DNA of 32,000 bases from Synechococcus elongatus PCC 6301 (lineage in GTDB: Bacteria; Cyanobacteriota; Cyanobacteriia; Synechococcales; Synechococcaceae), in the NCBI RefSeq assembly GCF_000010065.1, contig NC_006576.1:150001-182000 (forward strand), written 5' to 3'. Shown here piece after piece: positions 25,494-32,000 of this stretch (its first letter is position 1; each line of letters starts with the position of its first letter). The position numbers and the translations under genes are program-made. The notes beneath the pieces are model-generated. The model had not been told where the DNA came from, ran no database searches, and saw nothing but the letters and a program-made list of their open reading frames with translations.

Positions 25494-27253
25494 AGCTGAG
25501 GCTCCAGACCCAACCAGCGCTGGAAGCGATCGCGTTGTTCGGACGTGACTGTTGCAGCCGGTCGCAGGTTGTAGCTTTGCGGTTGCGGTTCCGCTAAGGT
25601 CAGTGAAAACGATTGGAGTTGATCGTCGTGGAAAATCGTCAGCTCTAACACCTGACCGGCTTGGTAAGTTGCCAGCCGCCGCGAGAAGTTATCGGCACTG
25701 ACCCGCAAACCGTTGAGCGCAACAATTTCATCGCCGATCATCAAGCCTGCTTGCTCAGCCGGACTATCACTCGCCACAAATTTGATTTGGCAGCGGCCCT
25801 GCTCATCAGCTAAGCGCAGCCCATGACTGGGGCGATCGCAGCCCTGGGGTAAAAGCTGCAGCCCTAGCGAATCCACTGCCGCTGCGATTGGTAATTCTTC
25901 CAGGCCATCCACATAGCGCTCGAAGAAGTCAGTCAGATCAACCCCAGCGACTTCACTAAAAATTTGCCGTAGTTCCGCTTCCTCGAACCCAATTTCTGGC
26001 CCTTGCCCGTGGCGCTGCCAGAGCAGACGCAACACATCATCAAAACTGCGATCGGGCTGGTGGTTACGAATCTCGAGATCGAGGAGCCAGCAGACCAGTT
26101 GCCCTTTCAAGTAGTAGGACATTTGCTGGTTATCGCTGTAGGCATCGCGGCGGTAGAGTTTCACCCAAGCATCAAAGCTCGACTCAGCCAACGGTTGCAC
26201 CTTGCGGCCAGGCGTCGTCAGATAGCGGCTCAGATCCTTACCCAGCGCTTCCAGAAAGCTATCCACCCCATAGAGACCGGCCCGCAGCGGCAGCAGCAGA
26301 TCGTAGTAGCTGGTTGCCCCTTCACTAAACCAGAGCGAGGGCGTGTAGTTTTCGGCTTCGTAGTCAAACTGTTCCAGCGCCTTGGGCCGTATCCGTTTGA
26401 CATTCCAGAGATGGAAAAACTCGTGAGCAACTAATTGCAGGAAGCGACGATAGCCCTCGGGTTCTGTGATTGCTTGGCGATCAAACGCCAGAACCGTGCT
26501 GTCGCGGTGCTCTAGGCCGCCGTAGCCACCACTGCTGAGATGGAGGATGAACCAATAGTGGTCGTAGGGCAGTCCGCCGAAGATGGCTGCTTCAGTTTCA
26601 ATGAGGCGTGCGGTATCCGCCAAGAGGCGATCGCTGTCGAGGTTGCCGCCCCAAGTCCGCCAGTAGTGTTTCTTGCCAAGAACCGTAAATTCCTGGGTTC
26701 CTTCTGGCCCAATTTCAAAGGGGCTATCCACCAAAGTGTCGAAGTCGGCCGCTCGGAAACAGTTGTGAGCGATTGCGGGTAGGGCTGTGGCGACGTTCCA
26801 GCCTTCCGGTGCCTTGATTTCGACTTGACAGGGGCGATCGCGCCAAGCGTCGATGTAGAGGCAGAGCGCTGCTGGCGTGAAGAAACCATGACTGCGATCG
26901 AGATGGTTCGTCCGAACAGTCAGCTCTGTGGCGAGAACCTGATAGCTGATGTAAATCTCAGAGTGTTCTTGCGTCTCAATCTGCCAAGCATTTTTGCGGA
27001 GTTTGCGCCACAGTAGTGGTTGTCCTGTTGCAGTTTGTGCCCGAAAGTTCTGGAGATGACGGGCGTATTCTCGCAGGAGATAGGAACCCGGCGTCCAAGC
27101 TGGCATCTGCACCGTCACTATCTCAGATTGCCAATCCGAGATTTGCAGCGTTACCTCAAATAAGTGATTGCTGGGATTTGGTAGCGCCACACGGTAGGTG
27201 AGGCCTGAAGCAGCGATCGCCAAGGAATCGGCAGCAGCGGGCGCGAGGGTCAT
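25490..27253 (-). CDS. M61 family glycyl aminopeptidase with a C-terminal PDZ domain
   Basis: The zinc motif is HEFFHLWNVKRIRP (HExxH). The N-terminal beta domain includes YRVALPNPSNHLFEVTL. The PDZ-like segment is GLMIGDEIVALNG. I prefer the ATG at 27253 to the upstream TTG at 27322. Confidence 0.88.
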   Translation of the reverse strand: MTLAPAAADSLAIAASGLTYRVALPNPSNHLFEVTLQISDWQSEIVTVQMPAWTPGSYLLREYARHLQNFRAQTATGQPLLWRKLRKNAWQIETQEHSEIYISYQVLATELTVRTNHLDRSHGFFTPAALCLYIDAWRDRPCQVEIKAPEGWNVATALPAIAHNCFRAADFDTLVDSPFEIGPEGTQEFTVLGKKHYWRTWGGNLDSDRLLADTARLIETEAAIFGGLPYDHYWFILHLSSGGYGGLEHRDSTVLAFDRQAITEPEGYRRFLQLVAHEFFHLWNVKRIRPKALEQFDYEAENYTPSLWFSEGATSYYDLLLPLRAGLYGVDSFLEALGKDLSRYLTTPGRKVQPLAESSFDAWVKLYRRDAYSDNQQMSYYLKGQLVCWLLDLEIRNHQPDRSFDDVLRLLWQRHGQGPEIGFEEAELRQIFSEVAGVDLTDFFERYVDGLEELPIAAAVDSLGLQLLPQGCDRPSHGLRLADEQGRCQIKFVASDSPAEQAGLMIGDEIVALNGLRVSADNFSRRLATYQAGQVLELTIFHDDQLQSFSLTLAEPQPQSYNLRPAATVTSEQRDRFQRWLGLEPQL

Positions 27254-27380
27254 CAGCCAAGGGGGAGGGAACTGCTTCCCATTGTGCAGCTGCAACCGCC
27301 AAGCCCGTCTGTCCTCTGGCAACGAGGTTCCTCCCAGCCGCGTTGCAGAAGTGCGATCGCCGCCTTAAATGCCAGTGATT

Positions 27381-28295
27381 TCACAACCATGTTCGATAGA
27401 CATCGCTAGCGGCGCGTTGGCAAAGGGAATGACGGTAGACCAAAGCGTTGAAGTCTTCGCAATAGCCGCCACCTAGCACAGCAGCAACGGGATACCCTTG
27501 ACGCACACAGGTTTCCAGCACCTGCATTTCTCGGCGGAAGAGTCCAGTATCAGTCAGGGCAAGCTTGCCAAGGCGATCGCCCCCATGGGGATCAACACCA
27601 GCGTTGTAAATCACCAAGTTAGGGCGGACTTGACTGAGCAGATCCGGCAGGTACTGGGCGAGTTGTTGCAGATAGGCATCATCCTCCATGCCCTCAGGCA
27701 AGGGAACGTCACAGTCACTGTGCTGGTTGCGGGCCGGGAAGTTCGCCTCACAGTGCATTGAGAAGGTAAAGACTCTCGGGTCATCCTGGAAAATCCAGGC
27801 TGTGCCATCTCCTTGGTGAACGTCCAAATCGACGATCAAAATCCGTTCAACGAGCCGTTCTTGTAGCAATAGTCTGGCCGCGATCGCACAGTCGTTGAAG
27901 ATGCAGAAGCCCGATCCGTAGTCAGGGAAGGCGTGGTGGGTGCCACCGGCCAAATTACAGGCCAATCCCTGTTGCAAAGCTAGACGTGCCGTCAGAATCG
28001 TGCCGCCAACCGCAATCCAAGTTCGTTCAACTAGGGCAGGACTCCAGGGCAGGCCAATTCGGCGTAGCGATCGCTCGTCGAGCGTTCCTTGGCTATAAGC
28101 CTGAATGTAATCAAGGCTATGAACCGAGGTCAGCCATTCCAGTGGTGGGCGATCGGGCTGGTGAAACTGTTGAGGATAGACTACCCGTTCACGCAGTAGG
28201 CGATCGTGAAGAAGCCGAAACTTAGCCATCGGAAAGCGATGGGTCGATGGCAGTGGCGCAGAATAGCCTGGGTGATAGACCAACGGCAGGTCCAC
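27381..28295 (-). CDS. Histone deacetylase-like amidohydrolase (HDAC/AcuC/APAH superfamily)
   Basis: The start is GTG. Motifs include GGTHHAFPDYGSGFCIFND, the metal-binding DLDVHQGDGT, and FSMH...GGGY. Length is 304 aa. Confidence 0.88.
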   Translation of the reverse strand: MDLPLVYHPGYSAPLPSTHRFPMAKFRLLHDRLLRERVVYPQQFHQPDRPPLEWLTSVHSLDYIQAYSQGTLDERSLRRIGLPWSPALVERTWIAVGGTILTARLALQQGLACNLAGGTHHAFPDYGSGFCIFNDCAIAARLLLQERLVERILIVDLDVHQGDGTAWIFQDDPRVFTFSMHCEANFPARNQHSDCDVPLPEGMEDDAYLQQLAQYLPDLLSQVRPNLVIYNAGVDPHGGDRLGKLALTDTGLFRREMQVLETCVRQGYPVAAVLGGGYCEDFNALVYRHSLCQRAASDVYRTWL

Positions 28296-28481
28296 AGCAA
28301 CCCTTTGAGAACAATGCTTTCTGAAGCTAGCAGGACTCCGAGTCGCGATCGTGGAACAGCCTCAGCCCCCATTGCCTTTGAGGATGACCAAAAAGCCTAA
28401 GAGATACCTAAGAATTCAGCAGAATTCCGATGAGACAGATAATCAACATCCCATAACCAGAACAGAATTAATAGGCAGTAT

Positions 28482-28511
28482 TTTAACCAGAATCTACTTT
28501 TGACTTAATAA
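28482..28511 (+). promoter_or_regulatory. Candidate Pho box: three 8-bp units at 11-bp phasing, upstream of phoA
   Basis: The units are TTTAACCA (28482-28489), TCTACTTT (28493-28500) and CTTAATAA (28504-28511). They match the cyanobacterial PyTTAAPyPy(T/A) unit as I recall it at 8/8, 6/8 and 7/8. Related units are CTTAACAA at 28561 and TTTAACTA at 28584. This rests on motif matching by eye only. Confidence 0.3.
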
Positions 28512-28816
28512 TTCAGCTCAATTATTCATCAGCATGAATCAGCGATTGAGCATTTTTGCTCTTAACAAGAAATCCTACGGAGTTTTAACTATTTCATAAT
28601 CTATTCTCAATCTCCTGTAAACCCAAGCCGCCTACCTTGGTTTAGGTGACTCAGTAGTCAAACACTGGTTTAGTCGACTCACTCATGTTTGCGTTAGTGG
28701 TTTGACCAGCCTTCACTGCTGATTTTTGACAATGATGCCTGATGCAAACTTAGCCTTGTCTAAGTAGTCTTCATCTTGCCAGAAGTGCCGATTGATATTC
28801 TTCAGTAATCAAGACG

Positions 28817-31800
28817 ATGGCTCAATTTACCCTTCAGCTTCTGCACTTTTCAGATCAAGAAGCAGGTATTCCTGCTTTAAAAGATGCTCCCAATCTATCA
28901 GCAGTCCTGAAGGCTCTGAAAGACCAAGACGGGGATGATGTAGATACTGATCCTGACTATCTGAACACATTAATTCTTTCATCAGGTGATGCCTACATTC
29001 CAGGCACCTTTTTGGATGCTAGCGTCCAGGCTTACGGTGGCCAAGGACGAGCTGATATCCTCATCCAGAATGAGCTTGGCGTACAGGCCATTTCTTTTGG
29101 CAACCATGAGTTTGACTTGGGAACTGGCTTGATTGCCAATCTGTTGAAGCCCTCAGCAGATGGACTCTATGCCGGGGCTGCCTTCCCTTACCTCAGTGGC
29201 AACCTCAACTTTGCACCAGATGCAAACCTCGCACCCTTAGTCACTGCTGATGGTCAGGAAGCCAGCACGATCGCGGGTAAAATCGCGGCGAGCAGCATCA
29301 TTACTGTCAATGGGGAAAAGATTGGCGTTGTTGGCGCAACAACGCCGATTCTGCGCAGCATTTCTAGCCCAGGTGCTGTTCAAATCGAGCCTAGTCCCTT
29401 TGGCAGTGTTCCTAGCGCCCAAGAACTCGATGCCCTAGCTGCCATCATTCAGGCCGACGTTGATGCGCTGCTGGCAAATAACCCTGATCTCAATAAAGTG
29501 ATTTTGCTGTCTCACATGCAGCAAATCTCGATTGAGCAAGAAATTGCAAAACGACTGAGAAACGTTGACATCATCGTTGCTGGCGGTTCTAATACTCGTC
29601 TACTTGATAGCAACGATGTACTAAGAGCTGGTGACACCAAGCAGGGTGAATATCCCTTCTTTACAAATGATGCAGATGGCAAGCCGATCGCTGTTGTCAA
29701 CACAGATGGAAATTATAAGTATGTTGGTCGGCTAGTTATTGATTTTGATGAAAACGGTAATGTTATTGCCGAGAGCTATGACCCCAATGTAAGCGGGGTC
29801 TATGCCACTGACGATACTGGTGTTGCTGCCCTAAACGCTCAGAATTTAGTTGATCCTGAAATCCAACAAATTGTTGACAACTTGAGCTCTGTTATTTCCA
29901 GCTTAGATGGCGCAATTTTTGGTAGTACAGACGTCTTTCTCAACGGCGCGAGAAGTGATATCCGCATCCAAGAAACCAACTTAGGTAACTTAACTGCGGA
30001 TGCGAACCTTGCCTACGCCAAGACTATTGATTCGACTGTAACCCTCTCACTGAAGAATGGTGGCGGTGTTCGTAACAACATCGGTTTCGTCACCTTCCCG
30101 GAGGGCTCTACCGATCCAGATGATGTATTGAAACTCCCGCCAGCAGCTAACCCTCTTGCAGGCAAAGAGGAAGGGGATATTTCTCAGCTGGATATTACGA
30201 ACTCGCTGAGTTTTAACAATGGCTTAGCGCTGATCACATTGACTGCGGAAGAACTTCTAGAAATCGTCGAGTATGGCTTTGCAGCCAGTAGTCTTAACGA
30301 TGGTAATACCCAAGGTCGCTTCCCTCAGATTGGTGGCTTCTCCGTTGCAGTTGATTTGACTCGTGCCCCAGGCGATCGCGTCCTCTCGCTAGCGATTAAA
30401 GACGAAGAGGGCCGCGACATTGATGTCGTTGTCCGTAATGGCGAGATCGTTGGCAACCCCGCTCGCACCTTCCGGATGGTAACGCTCAGCTTTTTGGCCG
30501 ACGGGGGCGATGGATATCCATTCCCGACCGGTGAGGCGACTAATCGCATTGATCTTGCTCAACCTGCCGAGGCTGAACGGACTGGTTTAGCGCAATTTGC
30601 ACCAGATGGCACTGAGCAAGATGTTCTAGCGGAGTATCTAGCTACTCGCTTCACTGAGAATTCTTTTGACAAACTGGATTCTGCGCGTGATTTCGATACT
30701 CGCATTCAGAACGTCAGCTTCCGCGATGATACGGTCATTAACTCTCAAATCCAGCTGAGTGTTCTAGGAACCTTTGCAACAGGCAGCTTTGACCAGGGCG
30801 CCGCAGAAATCCCGGCCTATGACCCGATTAGCCAACGTCTCTTTGTTGTCAATGCCCAAAACAGCCGCGTAGATGTCCTAGACATCAGCGACCCTACTCG
30901 ACCTACCCTCATTGGATTTATCGATACTTCGAGCTTTGGCTCTCCTAACAGTGTCGCCATCCAAAATGGTCTGGTTGCGATCGCTGTTCAAAATGCGAAT
31001 CCGCAGGAGAACGGCCAAGTCTTCTTCTATCAGTCCACCGCTAGTTCCTTCAATGCTCCGCTTCGGGCAATTGAAGTGGGCGCCCTACCCGACATGCTGA
31101 TCTTTACGCCTGACGGCTCCAAGGTTTTGGTAGCTAATGAAGGTGAACCTAATGAAGATTACACCGTTGATCCCGAAGGTTCAGTCAGCATCATTGACCT
31201 TAGTCTGGGTGTAGCCAACGCTCAGGTTAGAACAGCAACTTTTACTGCCTTCAATGACCGAAAGGCAGAGCTGCAAGAAGCTGGCGTCCGCATTTTGAAA
31301 GATGATGCGACTGTTGCCGAGGATATTGAGCCGGAGTACATCGCTATCTCTCCCGATGGCAACACTGCAGTGGTGACTCTCCAGGAAGCCAATGCACTGG
31401 CTTTCATTGATTTGGCGACCGCAACGGTTACGGATATCAAGCCGCTGGGTCTAAAGGACTTTAGTCTTCCGGGTAATGCGCTGGATCCGAGCGATCGCGA
31501 TGGAGGTATTAATCTCCGTAACGTCCCAGTGTTTGGGCTCTACCAACCAGATGCCATTGCCTCCTTCGTTGGTGCTGATGGGAAGACCTACTACATCACT
31601 GCCAATGAAGGCGATAGCCGAGTCCGGCCGACGGGAGATGACATCATCCCCGAGGTTGGTGAAGGGGACATCTTCAATGAAGAGGTTCGAGTCAGCAGCA
31701 ACCGTTACATTCTCGACCCAACGATCTTCCCAAATGCAGCTGAGCTGAAGCAGAACTCGAATCTGGGTCGCCTGACCGTTACCAACGAATCAGGTGATCT

Positions 31801-32000
31801 AGATGGGGATGGTGACTTTGACCAAATCGTCACTTTTGGAGCTCGCTCTTTCTCGATCCTCAATTCCGAGGGTGAGCTTGTTTTTGATAGTGGCGATCAG
31901 CTAGAGCGAATCACTGCTAGCTTCTTCCCTGAAAACTTCAACGCCAGCAATGACAATAACGATCTAGATAACCGCAGTGACAACAAAGGTCCTGAGCCTG
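28817..32000 (+). CDS. phoA: Atypical alkaline phosphatase: an N-terminal UshA/5'-nucleotidase-like metallophosphoesterase fused to a beta-propeller domain. Partial; it continues past the window end.
   Basis: The frame is open from the ATG at 28817 to the window end. It is not in the ORF track because it has no in-window stop. Metallophosphoesterase motifs are LLHFSDQE, SSGDAYIPG and GNHEFD. A 5'-nucleotidase C-domain follows (QETNLGNLTADA, GGGVRN). From about 30740 there are repeated propeller-like blades (FVVNAQNSRVDVLDISDP, FTPDGSKVLVANEGEP, ISPDGNTAVVTLQEAN). This matches my memory of the 145-kDa PhoA of Synechococcus PCC 7942. Confidence 0.8.
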   Translation, partial: MAQFTLQLLHFSDQEAGIPALKDAPNLSAVLKALKDQDGDDVDTDPDYLNTLILSSGDAYIPGTFLDASVQAYGGQGRADILIQNELGVQAISFGNHEFDLGTGLIANLLKPSADGLYAGAAFPYLSGNLNFAPDANLAPLVTADGQEASTIAGKIAASSIITVNGEKIGVVGATTPILRSISSPGAVQIEPSPFGSVPSAQELDALAAIIQADVDALLANNPDLNKVILLSHMQQISIEQEIAKRLRNVDIIVAGGSNTRLLDSNDVLRAGDTKQGEYPFFTNDADGKPIAVVNTDGNYKYVGRLVIDFDENGNVIAESYDPNVSGVYATDDTGVAALNAQNLVDPEIQQIVDNLSSVISSLDGAIFGSTDVFLNGARSDIRIQETNLGNLTADANLAYAKTIDSTVTLSLKNGGGVRNNIGFVTFPEGSTDPDDVLKLPPAANPLAGKEEGDISQLDITNSLSFNNGLALITLTAEELLEIVEYGFAASSLNDGNTQGRFPQIGGFSVAVDLTRAPGDRVLSLAIKDEEGRDIDVVVRNGEIVGNPARTFRMVTLSFLADGGDGYPFPTGEATNRIDLAQPAEAERTGLAQFAPDGTEQDVLAEYLATRFTENSFDKLDSARDFDTRIQNVSFRDDTVINSQIQLSVLGTFATGSFDQGAAEIPAYDPISQRLFVVNAQNSRVDVLDISDPTRPTLIGFIDTSSFGSPNSVAIQNGLVAIAVQNANPQENGQVFFYQSTASSFNAPLRAIEVGALPDMLIFTPDGSKVLVANEGEPNEDYTVDPEGSVSIIDLSLGVANAQVRTATFTAFNDRKAELQEAGVRILKDDATVAEDIEPEYIAISPDGNTAVVTLQEANALAFIDLATATVTDIKPLGLKDFSLPGNALDPSDRDGGINLRNVPVFGLYQPDAIASFVGADGKTYYITANEGDSRVRPTGDDIIPEVGEGDIFNEEVRVSSNRYILDPTIFPNAAELKQNSNLGRLTVTNESGDLDGDGDFDQIVTFGARSFSILNSEGELVFDSGDQLERITASFFPENFNASNDNNDLDNRSDNKGPEP

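Noticed and set aside
28411-28427. The direct repeat AGAATTC-AGC-AGAATTC (two EcoRI-like sites 10 bp apart) lies in the phoA/HDAC divergent region.
   Set aside because: It is short, occurs in AT-rich DNA and could arise by chance. It does not resemble the Pho-box unit. It is noted only as a possible operator for the divergent deacetylase operon.
1-32000. I searched for tRNA, rRNA or tmRNA genes, for transposases, integrases or phage genes, and for toxin-antitoxin or known defence-system genes.
   Set aside because: I found no cloverleaf-like or rRNA-like segments in the intergenic regions. No ORF carries DDE, tyrosine-recombinase, nuclease-helicase or other defence-type motifs. All sizeable ORFs are accounted for by the genes listed.

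Overview
This window looks like chromosomal DNA from a Synechococcus elongatus-type cyanobacterium. That assignment is a guess from memory, not a database search. It rests on the roughly 55-60% GC background, the very dense HIP1 octamer GCGATCGC, and the gene order ending in the atypical alkaline phosphatase phoA. I can support about 25 protein genes. I found no rRNA or tRNA genes, no CRISPR array, and no transposase or integrase.

Gene order, with strand:
- topA (-, partial)
- ndhB (+)
- orphan MacB/LolD-type ABC ATPase (+)
- TauE/SafE permease (-)
- YbjN-like protein (+)
- lipoate-protein-ligase-family protein (+)
- leuA (+)
- futA (-)
- AT-rich SAM methyltransferase (-)
- futB (-)
- futC (+)
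- DUF192 protein (-)
- orphan OmpR-type response regulator (+)
- gloB with an apparent 1-nt frameshift (+)
- coiled-coil, multi-TM, double-zinc-ribbon protein (-)
- VOC/glyoxalase-fold protein (+)
- a tight GH10, HlyD-adaptor, and PilZ-bearing cellulose-synthase-like operon (+)
- a tandem-repeat protein (-)
- small TM/Cys protein (+)
- an operon of HDAC-like deacetylase, M61 peptidase and lipoprotein (-)
- the 5' 3.2 kb of atypical phoA (+, partial)

The best candidate system is the three-gene exopolysaccharide synthesis and export module at 18.4-23.0 kb, which looks c-di-GMP-gated. Other points worth a second look:
- a frameshifted gloB
- a 2 x 186-bp perfect tandem duplication inside a repeat-protein gene
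- an uncharacterised zinc-ribbon membrane protein
- AT-rich genes that still carry HIP1 sites
- Pho-box-like repeats upstream of a phoA that has no signal peptide

topA and phoA are missing from the ORF track because they run off the window edges. I translated both by hand.
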